Source: Candidatus Acetothermia bacterium
Lineage (GTDB): Bacteria; Bipolaricaulota; Bipolaricaulia; RBG-16-55-9
Direction of reading: 5' to 3'
Assembly (NCBI GenBank): GCA_016201405.1
Contig: JACQCZ010000016.1
Span: 23,798 to 87,797, forward strand
Length of the DNA stretch: 64,000 nucleotides
Part shown: positions 48,569-58,099 of the stretch, in pieces
Layout: each line of letters begins with the position of its first letter
How positions within the stretch are numbered: position 1 is the stretch's first letter
Translations under genes and position numbers: made by a program
The notes under the pieces: model-generated
The model's database searches: none
Told to the model about the DNA's origin: nothing
The model's input: the letters and a program-made list of their open reading frames with translations, nothing else

Positions 48569-51142
48569 TCAGCGCACAACGACGACTTTGCGAATCACTG
48601 TCTGCTTTTGAAAGCCCGATGCACTTTTCGCAGTGATTACAAAGAGATAGACGCCATTGGCCATCTTATCTCCCATGGATTCGAGAGCATTCCAGCGCAA
48701 GGTCGATCCTTCTGTCTCAATGGCAAACCGCTGGCGGCCTGCAAGATCAAAGCCATGCACCTCGATGGATGAGATTCCCTGGCCCTCCACACTCAGAGTC
48801 CAAAGCGGGCCAGTTGAAGAAAGATTGATGGAACGCACTGAGAAGGCTTCAGCTGATTGCTGCGCTGGCGCCTGTTGTTGGATGATTGTAAATGGAATAT
48901 CTCGTGCTTCGGGAGAGAGCAAGAACTGCACATCTGGCCTCAGCTCAGCTGCGATCTTTTGATGAGACGCTGCAAGGTGAAGTCTCAAAATATTGGATTG
49001 CTTTGAGCCATTTCCTGGAGGAGCAATCATCAGAAAACGAACCTCGCCCCGCGCTTGGTCGATGGATGTAGCCAGAATCTTGTATTCTCCAAGGGCTTCT
49101 ATCTTCAGCACAGTTGTGCTGCGACCATCAAATAAGATTCGTCCCTGCACTCCGCCAATCGCACGTCCATCTGAGTTGATTTGAAGCGTGTACTCCCCTG
49201 CTGAGCTGGCTGGAATCAGCTTGATTTGGGCTGGCTCTGCTTGTGACCCGGCCATCCCCGGGAAGAGTCTCTGCAATATACTGAGCCAGACGGGAAGCAC
49301 GCTTTTCTCGCGATCAGACTGTGATGTTCTTGGCGTTGAAAGTGAGCTGCTTGTAATGGATGCAATGGATGCTTTGGCAATTGGAATCAAGTCCGCTGAG
49401 GTTAATGTTGTGCAATCAGGAATCGTCCCAGTCGCTGCCTTTGGCAGGGCTACGTCTGCGACAAGCTTCTGCGCATCGCTCAGCCCGGTGATGGCTGGCG
49501 GCTCATCAAAGCAGCCAAGGAGGGCCGTTGCTAACATGAGTACATCTTTGATGGTGGCACCATCATTCATGAGGTCCACATCTCCAAAGAGAGGGAGTAA
49601 GATGCTGCCGGAGATGACGCTCATCTGAGAGGTCAGATCGAGATCATCGACATCGAGAACTCTATCCACCTGAAAGATGAATGGACTCTTCTGACCTGGC
49701 TGTCCTTGTTTTGAAGTACGAATGTAAGCAATGACGTCAGGGGCTGGAATCCCCATTTTGGCCAAGTCAAGATGAGCTGGATCGATCGACAGCGTGAATT
49801 TTAATGATCCAAGCCGATTATCAATGTGAACGTCACTCACTTGATACGGCGAGACGGACGTGACCCCATCCACATGAACTACAGTCGCGTCAAATTGCAC
49901 AGATTGAGTCTGAACTTCGATCTTCCCTAACCCAGGGGAAGAAAATCCGACAACCTCCACTGGAAGATTCCCACCCGGAGACTGCACATCAAGAATGCGA
50001 AGCACACCGCTGCCTAGCATCACGGTATTCGCCGCCTGCACAATAAGATCTGTGGAAGAGTCAATGTCCGTGCCTGGTGGCTCTTGAGCGCTTAATACAG
50101 CCCTCAGATGAATCACGCGCCCCTTAAGTGCACTAATAGAAGGCGTAGCACGAACCTCGAAATCCAAACACTGCTCATCCGGAATAAAGAGACCTGGGGT
50201 GACGGACAGTGTGATGCCTGGTCCTCCGCGATTGAAGTCGGCTGTAAACCCCGGATCACCCGAGGTGATCTGCCCCCAAAGCTGTGGAATCCCCGAAATC
50301 ATATAGAGCTCGAACTTATCAAAATCATCAATCAGCGCACTGCCGAGTGGGCCCTGAGAGAGCGTCAGCGCATCGATCCGCAAGGAGTTCGCATTCGCAT
50401 CTTTATCGCAAACATGGAATCGCAGGGCGACGCCCGCTGAGCCTATCTTGATTGGAACAGGTGTAAAGTTCAGAAGAGTCAGGCTGTTGATTCCGCTGTT
50501 AGAGACATAGTCTTGATCGCTGTCCGTAGCCGCAAGGGTGAATGTCGTCGGAGTAGGAGGGCTGCCGATGCTCTCGGCGTATTGCAGAGTGACTTGAATT
50601 CTGACTGTCTTATTCTGGGCAGTATTCTGCAAGATCCCTGTCGGAGCAGTGAGCACAGCTACCTGGAACGTCTGCGTCCCATTATCGGGAATCGTATATC
50701 CACCCGCAGGAGTGACGTAAGCCTCAAAAGAGATATTCCCACCGCCAGGCGCCCCAGCAGGACATCCTGCCGGTGGAGCGCCTCCTGGCGCGGCTGTCGT
50801 CACTGGAGCCGCCACTGCCGTTCCAGTGCCATCAATGATCATCACGCTTGTAATCTCGGTCTCACTGGCCGAGCCTAAGTTTTGCACTAAAAAACAGTCA
50901 ATGGTGACGTCGCTCAAATCGTCCGCTTGCATGTCCGTATCTTTCGCTTTGAAGCTGAAAACGATCGACCCATCCCCCAAATCGGTCGGCGGGCCATCAC
51001 TCATAGGCGTATTGGCACCTGGCTCCAAATTGGTGCTTGGAGACAGAATTTCAGTGACATCGATCTGCCCGAGTGCCGTTTGCGAGATGCTAAAAAGAAG
51101 AAAGAGACTGAGCGCGACACGAATGATGGCTGATCTGGACAT
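48569..51142 (-). CDS. Large secreted protein with cohesin-like, dockerin-like and T9SS-like C-terminal domains
   Basis: Signal peptide (MSRS...ALG), FGDVD...ADV, GVQGRILFD...GEVRF, tail MANGVYLFVI...RKVVVVR; paralog of 53732..55903. Confidence 0.72.
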   Translation of the reverse strand: MSRSAIIRVALSLFLLFSISQTALGQIDVTEILSPSTNLEPGANTPMSDGPPTDLGDGSIVFSFKAKDTDMQADDLSDVTIDCFLVQNLGSASETEITSVMIIDGTGTAVAAPVTTAAPGGAPPAGCPAGAPGGGNISFEAYVTPAGGYTIPDNGTQTFQVAVLTAPTGILQNTAQNKTVRIQVTLQYAESIGSPPTPTTFTLAATDSDQDYVSNSGINSLTLLNFTPVPIKIGSAGVALRFHVCDKDANANSLRIDALTLSQGPLGSALIDDFDKFELYMISGIPQLWGQITSGDPGFTADFNRGGPGITLSVTPGLFIPDEQCLDFEVRATPSISALKGRVIHLRAVLSAQEPPGTDIDSSTDLIVQAANTVMLGSGVLRILDVQSPGGNLPVEVVGFSSPGLGKIEVQTQSVQFDATVVHVDGVTSVSPYQVSDVHIDNRLGSLKFTLSIDPAHLDLAKMGIPAPDVIAYIRTSKQGQPGQKSPFIFQVDRVLDVDDLDLTSQMSVISGSILLPLFGDVDLMNDGATIKDVLMLATALLGCFDEPPAITGLSDAQKLVADVALPKAATGTIPDCTTLTSADLIPIAKASIASITSSSLSTPRTSQSDREKSVLPVWLSILQRLFPGMAGSQAEPAQIKLIPASSAGEYTLQINSDGRAIGGVQGRILFDGRSTTVLKIEALGEYKILATSIDQARGEVRFLMIAPPGNGSKQSNILRLHLAASHQKIAAELRPDVQFLLSPEARDIPFTIIQQQAPAQQSAEAFSVRSINLSSTGPLWTLSVEGQGISSIEVHGFDLAGRQRFAIETEGSTLRWNALESMGDKMANGVYLFVITAKSASGFQKQTVIRKVVVVR

Positions 51143-51277
51143 TTTCAGGAGTACTCCATCTCTCACCAGAATTTCACCGCCTTCTATTGTGTCAAAAGAG
51201 ACAGACAAAGGAGAAGAACATCCAACACCATACTGTGTTACGGCGATCACTCCCTCAGGGGATAACAAAGTGATGCG

Positions 51278-51323
51278 TGTGACAGACGTCACATCGATTC
51301 GGCGCATAGAATCATGCTATACT
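51278..51323 (+). promoter_or_regulatory. CRP-type site plus extended -10 element in divergent intergenic region
   Basis: TGTGA-cagacg-TCACA (51278-51293); TGcTATACT (51315-51323). Confidence 0.5.
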
Positions 51324-51377
51324 CAAGGGCAGAATCAAAACGATGGCCATGCGCCAGATGAGGAGGGCGACAATACG

Positions 51378-53507
51378 ATGAAGGCCGCCCGTGGGAAAAT
51401 TGTCTCTCTTATATTCTTCTTTCTATCGATAATTGCTTTTATTGGCCTGGGGCAAACGACTGCCTCGACCAATACCGTGGATATTGCGAAAGACAAGGTG
51501 GACTTCACCGTCTTCTCCCGAGATGGCCAGGATGGCCTGGGAAGCCCAAACACAATGACATTGGGAGATTTTAATAATGACCAGAACATTGACCTTTTGA
51601 TCGGAGCCCCAGGAGGGGACGGCCCTGACGACCGCCGCAAAGATGCAGGCGAAGCTTACATCGTCTATGGGCGCGATAAAGACACGTTTGTACCAGAACT
51701 TAATACAGATGGGATTCCTGGCCCTGACGTAGTCATCTATGGAAGAGACTTGGGAGATCTGCTTGGAAGCGGCGTCGCAGCTGGTGATGTAAATGGTGAT
51801 GGCATTGATGATATCATCCTTGGAGCGCCTGGAGGCGATGGTCCTTCCAACGGATATTCCGGTTTGGGCGAAGTTGTAGTAATATTTGGTGGTCTGACTC
51901 TTCCATCAAGAATAGATTTAGCAAAGACAAAAGAAAACTCTATTATTTTTAATAATGTCCAAGAAAGTCGGTTCGGCACTGCAATCACCGCGCCGGATCT
52001 TAATGGCGATGGCATTGACGACATCGTTATAGCAGATCCTTTTGACATCAGTAAAGGAAGGCACCGATCCGGAGCCGTATTTGTAATTTTTGGAAGAAGG
52101 GATCTCCCTCAGCGTTTTGATATAGGCTCCAATCGACCTGGCTTAAGCCCTGATGTCCGAATCTTAGGAGCCAATGCGGAGGATCAGATTGGAATCTCGC
52201 TTGCTAAAGGGGATATCAACCACGATGGTGTGGAAGATGTCGTCATTGGCGCGCCATTTACAGATGGCCCAAACAATGACCGCACTGACGCCGGAGAGAC
52301 TTACGTCATCTATGGAAACTTCCACCTGCCTGCAACAATTGATTTGGCAGCTACCAGCGCTGACGTCACAGTCTATGGTGCCGATGCACAAGATGAGCTG
52401 GGGCTCTCTGTATCAGCGGGAGATGTCAACGGGGATAAGACGCAAGATCTGCTCATCGGCGCTCCCTTCGCCAGCGGAATTGATAAACTGAAGGGATATT
52501 CTGGCGAAGCCTATGTCATTTATGGAAAACCGCTCCTGCCATCCATTATTGATTTGAATATGACGAGCGCAGACTCCAGAATCTTAGGAGCATCTCCACT
52601 CGATAATTTAGGGTCATCTGTGGCTGCGGCTGACCTCAACGACGACGGCCTCAACGATTTGATATTAGGTGCTCAGGGTGGACGAGGTCCCGATGGAACA
52701 AGAGCCAGAGCTGGAAACGTCTATGTCATTCGCAGCCCTGGCAATCTCCCTCCTCTAATTGATCTTGGCAAGAATGAATTCAACTTGGTTATTTACGGAG
52801 CAAAGACGGGCGACAATCTGGGCAGCGCACTTGCCGGAGGCGACCTTGGCGGCAAGGGGAACGGCTTCTTGATGATGGGCGCAAACGGAGTAGATTCACC
52901 AGCAGATGGCCCCGATGCCGGTGCAATCTATGCTCTCTTTGCCAAAGAGCTGATCGGAGGAGGCACTCCACCAACACCCACAACGTGCGTCAAAGGCGAT
53001 GTCGATTGCGATGGGAAGATTACGATTATCGATGCACGCATCGTCTGCGAATCGGTGCTCGGCATCCGAAAGCTGACCGCTAAAGAAGTGGCCCTGGCTG
53101 ACGTAGCTGAGCCGTTTGGCCAGATCACGCTGGCAGACGCCTTCAAGATTGCGCAAGTCTCCGTCGGAATTGGAACGATTGAAACGAAGACGGGAACTTC
53201 AGTGAGCCAGGCTCTCGAAGCGGCCTCAGCACTCCACATACATCGCTGGGGAATGTTAAGCCATGGCAGCCAGATCGAATTCCGGGCGCTCGGCTCGGGT
53301 GTGGAAGCGGTCAAAGTAGAGGTCTTTACGATGGATGGTCGGCCGATTTATAACAGCCCCTGGGCGCAGGGCGACCGGGTGCTTTGGATGTGGCAAGGAT
53401 TAGATAATAAGTTTGCAAACGGCGTTTATCTCTATGTGATTCAGGCTCAGGGTATTGACGGACGGCTGTCTCGTAGCGAGGTCTTAAAGGTGATCGTTCT
53501 GAGATGA
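51378..53507 (+). CDS. FG-GAP (integrin-alpha-like) beta-propeller protein with dockerin-like and T9SS-like C-terminal domains
   Basis: About seven GD.N.DG..D..IGAP repeats, KGDVDCDGKITIIDA, tail FANGVYLYVI...KVIVLR; GAGGAG RBS before MKAARG. Confidence 0.85.
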   Translation: MKAARGKIVSLIFFFLSIIAFIGLGQTTASTNTVDIAKDKVDFTVFSRDGQDGLGSPNTMTLGDFNNDQNIDLLIGAPGGDGPDDRRKDAGEAYIVYGRDKDTFVPELNTDGIPGPDVVIYGRDLGDLLGSGVAAGDVNGDGIDDIILGAPGGDGPSNGYSGLGEVVVIFGGLTLPSRIDLAKTKENSIIFNNVQESRFGTAITAPDLNGDGIDDIVIADPFDISKGRHRSGAVFVIFGRRDLPQRFDIGSNRPGLSPDVRILGANAEDQIGISLAKGDINHDGVEDVVIGAPFTDGPNNDRTDAGETYVIYGNFHLPATIDLAATSADVTVYGADAQDELGLSVSAGDVNGDKTQDLLIGAPFASGIDKLKGYSGEAYVIYGKPLLPSIIDLNMTSADSRILGASPLDNLGSSVAAADLNDDGLNDLILGAQGGRGPDGTRARAGNVYVIRSPGNLPPLIDLGKNEFNLVIYGAKTGDNLGSALAGGDLGGKGNGFLMMGANGVDSPADGPDAGAIYALFAKELIGGGTPPTPTTCVKGDVDCDGKITIIDARIVCESVLGIRKLTAKEVALADVAEPFGQITLADAFKIAQVSVGIGTIETKTGTSVSQALEAASALHIHRWGMLSHGSQIEFRALGSGVEAVKVEVFTMDGRPIYNSPWAQGDRVLWMWQGLDNKFANGVYLYVIQAQGIDGRLSRSEVLKVIVLR

Positions 53508-53731
53508 ACGGCGTTATTTGACACGGTGATCTCAGTTACAGTTAAAGGGAGCGGATTGCTATATGATGAAGGCTGGATTTGAGCGATGAATATTGAAAGC
53601 ATTCTCCAAAATTGTTCGGGAGGTGGTCAATCCGGAGATAGAGGACGTAACAGGGTTGCTTCACCAAATTAACAAACAAACATCGAAACATACACTTCAT
53701 AACTAAGGGCAAGAATGAAGGAGGTTGGCAG

Positions 53732-55903
53732 ATGAAGTACCAAATCTTATCGGGAGTTTTAATAATAGCGTTCGTAACGCTATTTGGCGTGCCTGCCTTA
53801 GGCCAGGCAACGGTGACAGACCAGAATTATCTAGCACCAGGTGGAAACGTAGAGCCTGGTGCGAGTGCTCCTATGACAGTCTCCTCTGACGCTCCAGCTA
53901 CCTTGGGAGACGGGATAGTTGTCAGCCAGTTCCAAGTCTGCGATGTTGACCCCTTGGCTGATGATAACAGTCCAGTTAACATCACCGAGTTTAATGTAGA
54001 CAATTTAGGGTCGGCTAGCCTTGTTGACATCACTAGTGTCATGATTATCGACGGCCACGGATTTTCTGTAGGAGCAGTCGCAACACCAGGTCCTCCTCCA
54101 AATCCAAACATATCGTGGAGAGCCACTGTGACCCCAGAAACAGCAATAGTGATTCCAGATGATCAATGTGAAGTCTTCTCGGTGGCAGTTGAGACGGCTA
54201 CTACATCTTCCTTTGGAGCAGGTCTAGGAGACAGCCAAAATCATACATTGCGGCTGCGAACAACTCTGACGATGAACGAGTGTCTAAGTGGCGATATGAG
54301 TAGCACACCGCCTGTCTGCGCGTCACCGACTACATTCGTGGAATCCAGCACAGACGGGGCACCTGAATACATCTGCAACTGCGGTGTCAATAGACTCACC
54401 GACGATATGTATGTGGTCAATCCACTTATGCCAAGCATGTCGGGCGTAGTCAGTCGCTTCACAGTCTGTGATGATGACTCGAATGAACACAACCTGTACC
54501 TTACTCAGCTTACAATGAAACAAGGCAATCAAGGGTCTGCAGAATATACAGACTTTGACATGATCAATGTCTATCGAATCGAGTCCAGTGGCAGGACCCA
54601 AATTGCTTCTTTTACTCCTGACGTCAACTTCAATCGCGGCGGTACCGGCGATCAGATTTTGGCAGCAAACCAAGTCTTGATTATCACCGACGACAGTTGC
54701 GCTGTCTTCGAGGCTGACGCTCAGGTCTCACAATATGCCTTCAAGGGCCGCCTCATTCAACTGGCGTTCGACATTGATGCCGAGGAACCCCGTGGCACTC
54801 AAATTGGAGTAGGCGGTGCTACTCCTGCACCAGCGTCGCCACCAGCAGGGGTTTCTGGGGTCGCTCCTGAAATCCAGACTCATGTTCCGACACCAATTGG
54901 CAAGGGCATGATCACGATTCCAAGCACGATCATTCTTGGCTCCCCGGGTGACATCCCGCTCGGCGTCCAGGGCATCCCGATTCCAGGTCTCGGCACGCTT
55001 CAGGTCGGACCTACGGGAGCTTTCCACTTCGACCCCGCGGTCATCCAGATTCTGGAGATCGTCGGCGTAGGCGACTACACGGTGGAAGCCGTCCAGATCG
55101 ACAACCGCCGCGGCGAAGCTCGCTTCACCGTGCGCATTGACCCGGCAGAGGCTCCGAACGGCATCAACAATGGAACCGTTGCCATCATTCGCGTGCAGGG
55201 CGTCGGGAAACCGGGCGACCGGACACGGCTCTATATGAACTTTGACCAAGTGACCGATGCGGACAATAACGTGTTGGCAGATGCCAGCAACCCGCTCACG
55301 CTGAGCAACGTTGGCGTCATTGAAGGCCAAGTGCGGCTCGTTCCACACGGCGACGTAGATGGGGACGGCCACACCACAGTCAGCGACGCGCTGCTGCTCG
55401 CAGATCAGCTCATCCTGGGATCGCCTTGCGCGGGTCTCACGGACGAGCAGAAGGTCATCGCCGATGTGGCTCCGCCATTCGCAGATGTGGACGTAACTCC
55501 GACCTGCAGTGGTGACAACCCGACCTTGACCTCAGCCGATGTGGCTCAGATCGCAAAGCTTGCCATTACTACCGCTGCAGCCGGTCTCGCAGCCAGCAGT
55601 GATGTGCAAAGCCCAGTCGTGGCAGCGCTCCACGTCTCACAGATCCAGACGACTGTGCGCTTGGGTGCGATTGCGTTCCGAGCCCAAGGAACTGGTGTCT
55701 CCAGCATGGAAGTCCGGCTCTATAGCCTGACAGGCAGACAGATCCTGGCTGGAAAGAGCACGGGCAGCCAATTGATGGTGCATGCTCGGGATCAGTTCGG
55801 CAAAGCGCTGGCCAACGGCGTATATCTCTACGTCGTCACGGTCCATGGTGTGGATGGCTCTGTCCTCCGCAGCGTGGTCAAGAAACTGGTAATCCTGCAC
55901 TAG
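53732..55903 (+). CDS. Secreted surface protein with cohesin-like, dockerin-like and T9SS-like C-terminal domains
   Basis: AAGGAGGT RBS, signal peptide, FDPAVIQI...DN..GEARF, HGDVDGDGHTTVSDALL, tail LANGVYLYVV...KKLVILH. Confidence 0.75.
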   Translation: MKYQILSGVLIIAFVTLFGVPALGQATVTDQNYLAPGGNVEPGASAPMTVSSDAPATLGDGIVVSQFQVCDVDPLADDNSPVNITEFNVDNLGSASLVDITSVMIIDGHGFSVGAVATPGPPPNPNISWRATVTPETAIVIPDDQCEVFSVAVETATTSSFGAGLGDSQNHTLRLRTTLTMNECLSGDMSSTPPVCASPTTFVESSTDGAPEYICNCGVNRLTDDMYVVNPLMPSMSGVVSRFTVCDDDSNEHNLYLTQLTMKQGNQGSAEYTDFDMINVYRIESSGRTQIASFTPDVNFNRGGTGDQILAANQVLIITDDSCAVFEADAQVSQYAFKGRLIQLAFDIDAEEPRGTQIGVGGATPAPASPPAGVSGVAPEIQTHVPTPIGKGMITIPSTIILGSPGDIPLGVQGIPIPGLGTLQVGPTGAFHFDPAVIQILEIVGVGDYTVEAVQIDNRRGEARFTVRIDPAEAPNGINNGTVAIIRVQGVGKPGDRTRLYMNFDQVTDADNNVLADASNPLTLSNVGVIEGQVRLVPHGDVDGDGHTTVSDALLLADQLILGSPCAGLTDEQKVIADVAPPFADVDVTPTCSGDNPTLTSADVAQIAKLAITTAAAGLAASSDVQSPVVAALHVSQIQTTVRLGAIAFRAQGTGVSSMEVRLYSLTGRQILAGKSTGSQLMVHARDQFGKALANGVYLYVVTVHGVDGSVLRSVVKKLVILH

Positions 55904-55942
55904 ACTTTCGTACGGGTTACCTCATGAAACGAACGTCGATGA

Positions 55943-55980
55943 AAGGAGCCCTCTGCTAGACCAGAGGGCTCCTTCTCTTC
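55943..55980 (+). terminator. Terminator-like hairpin
   Basis: 13-bp stem AAGGAGCCCTCTG/CAGAGGGCTCCTT, 6-nt loop, pyrimidine tail; 40 nt after the stop. Confidence 0.7.
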
Positions 55981-56045
55981 GGACGAATGTCCTTCGGGCA
56001 GAAGAGCAGACACTCATAAAATGAGCACGATCAATCTCAAACAGC

Positions 56046-57131
56046 ATGAAAATGGAAGTCTTACATAAAGCGAAATCTATACGAGCTCTTGGCAATCTCT
56101 TTCTCGCCCTCGGGCTTTGTCTTTCATTGGCCATTGAGCTCAAGGCCCAGCCGACACCACCACCAATAGTCACACCAACCACAGCCACCATTGACGTGGG
56201 ACTTGTCACGGTTCCTCACGGAAGCACAGGAACAGTCAAGGTCTCTATCCAAGGTGCCCCTTCAAGTCTCTCCGACTTTCAGGGAAAGCTCACCTATGAC
56301 TCTAAAGTCGTCAACGTGCGCGAGATTGCAGGGCTCAATGGATACACCATTGCTGCATTTCAGATTGACAACCTGGATGGCGAAGTGCGCTTTATTGGAT
56401 TTAAGACTTCCGGCACGCTCATCACCGAAGGTGATTTTTTGCAATTTACGGTGGCCGCTGTCGGAGATACAAACTCTAGCACTTCGCTCAATATGGAATT
56501 TATTACGCTTAATGATGCTGCTGGCGTTGCCATCCCGCGCATCGTTCGCCCAGGGAAGTTCACGGTAGGCGCACAACAAGAGATCGCTGCCGATTTCTCT
56601 TGGGCGCCAGCCAATCCTGAGGTCGGACAAGAGGTCCAGTTCACGGACAAGACTGTTGCCGCAGGCACAACATTTAGCAGTTGGGCATGGGATTTTGGAG
56701 ATAACGCGACCAGCACAGAGCAAAACCCTAAACACAAGTACGCTCAAAAAGGAACATTTACTGTAAGCCTTACCATCGAAGATGATCAGGGGAATAAGGG
56801 CTCTGGACAGAAGCAGGTGGTCATCCGGGGACAGGGCGAGGCGATTACCATTCCGGCTCACAATTTTCCTAACCCCGCAAAGGATAGCACGACATTCTCC
56901 TATCAGTTGCCGCAAGGAACGACGCAAGCTTCGTTGACAGTCTATGATTTCACAGGGCCGCTCGTCTTCTCTAAGAGTCTTGCTGCGGACAGCATGAAGC
57001 TGGAGTGGGACCTCAAGGATCAGAGCGGACGAGACCTGCCCAATGGCGCCTATTATTACCGCATTTGGGCTTCCACAAAAGAGGGAGCAGTTCTGTCTAA
57101 AGTCGGAAAGCTGGTTATCATTCGATCATGA
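56046..57131 (+). CDS. Cohesin-like + PKD + T9SS type A/FlgD-Ig C-terminal domain protein
   Basis: FQGKLTYD, WAWDFGD, NFPNP...WDLKD..G..LPNGAYYY...KLVII. Confidence 0.82.
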   Translation: MKMEVLHKAKSIRALGNLFLALGLCLSLAIELKAQPTPPPIVTPTTATIDVGLVTVPHGSTGTVKVSIQGAPSSLSDFQGKLTYDSKVVNVREIAGLNGYTIAAFQIDNLDGEVRFIGFKTSGTLITEGDFLQFTVAAVGDTNSSTSLNMEFITLNDAAGVAIPRIVRPGKFTVGAQQEIAADFSWAPANPEVGQEVQFTDKTVAAGTTFSSWAWDFGDNATSTEQNPKHKYAQKGTFTVSLTIEDDQGNKGSGQKQVVIRGQGEAITIPAHNFPNPAKDSTTFSYQLPQGTTQASLTVYDFTGPLVFSKSLAADSMKLEWDLKDQSGRDLPNGAYYYRIWASTKEGAVLSKVGKLVIIRS

Positions 57132-58084
57132 TTCTTCAACGTCAATCCCGGCTGATCGGTATCCTCGTGCTTCTTTTGATCGGAGCCTTTGCATCTTCTG
57201 GGCAAGCACAGAGTGCCATCACATTGCTAGACATGGGAGCTGGAGTTCGCGCACTCGCCATGGGTGAGGCTTTTGTGGGGCTAGCCGATGATGAGCAGGC
57301 CGCCTTTTATAATCCCGCCGGGTTGGCCTATCTAAGCGGAATATATGCAAGTGCCAATTACGAGAGCCACTTGGGGGCTTCTAGCTATTTGAGCCTGCTT
57401 GGGGCCACGCATGGTATAGGTCTGGGGCTCTTCTTATTTAGCCTCGGCGATGTCGAGCAGCGAGATGATCAGGATAAAGTTCTTGGAACCTTTGGATATT
57501 CAAACTTTGCGGTCACCGCATCTGGGGGACTTCCGCTCAGCCAGATTCCTCTCGGGTTTACGCGCAGCCTTGATTCACTCTCTATGGGAGGCCGTTTCAA
57601 GTTCCTGGGCGTAAGCACATTGGAAGGCGGAAATGGCTCAGCAATCGCACTCGATTTGAGCTGGTTTTTCAAAGGAAACAATGCAATAGATCATCTTTTG
57701 CCTGGAAGTGGTATTCATTTATTTCAAGCAGGGTTGAGTATTGAAAATCTTGTGAGTATTGGTCTTGGATATGCAGGAGGACATCACGAGCGACTTCCGT
57801 TCAAGATCAAAACGGGGTTCGCGATCAGCCCAATGCAGAGCTTGACATTATCAATGGATTTGGCAATTCCCTTTGAGTTCCATCTCGGTGGTGAGTACAG
57901 CCTCTCCTTGCCAAGCCCACTCTCCCATATGGATATTCGGGCAGGCGCGGTTGTCCGTGGAGGGACGTTCGCATTTACAGCAGGGTTTGGAGTCGTCAGA
58001 GAGCCTTTTCGTCTCGATTATGCATTCGTCAGCCATCCGAGTCTGCCAGGCTCTCACCGACTGGCTCTCTCGCTGCAGTTTTGA
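57128..58084 (+). CDS. PorV/PorQ-like (FadL-related) outer-membrane beta-barrel
   Basis: GVRALAMGEAFVGLADD..AAFYNPAGLA, RLDYAF, terminal Phe. Confidence 0.82.
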   Translation: MILQRQSRLIGILVLLLIGAFASSGQAQSAITLLDMGAGVRALAMGEAFVGLADDEQAAFYNPAGLAYLSGIYASANYESHLGASSYLSLLGATHGIGLGLFLFSLGDVEQRDDQDKVLGTFGYSNFAVTASGGLPLSQIPLGFTRSLDSLSMGGRFKFLGVSTLEGGNGSAIALDLSWFFKGNNAIDHLLPGSGIHLFQAGLSIENLVSIGLGYAGGHHERLPFKIKTGFAISPMQSLTLSMDLAIPFEFHLGGEYSLSLPSPLSHMDIRAGAVVRGGTFAFTAGFGVVREPFRLDYAFVSHPSLPGSHRLALSLQF

Positions 58085-58099
58085 AGATATGAAGGGGGT

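Noticed and set aside
50826..51377. N-terminal 184 aa of the 893-aa ORF
   Set aside because: Largely antisense to the 48569..51142 gene; the RBS and signal peptide point to ATG 51378.
53518..53567. TTGACA promoter upstream of 53732
   Set aside because: No good -10 hexamer at 16-18 bp spacing.
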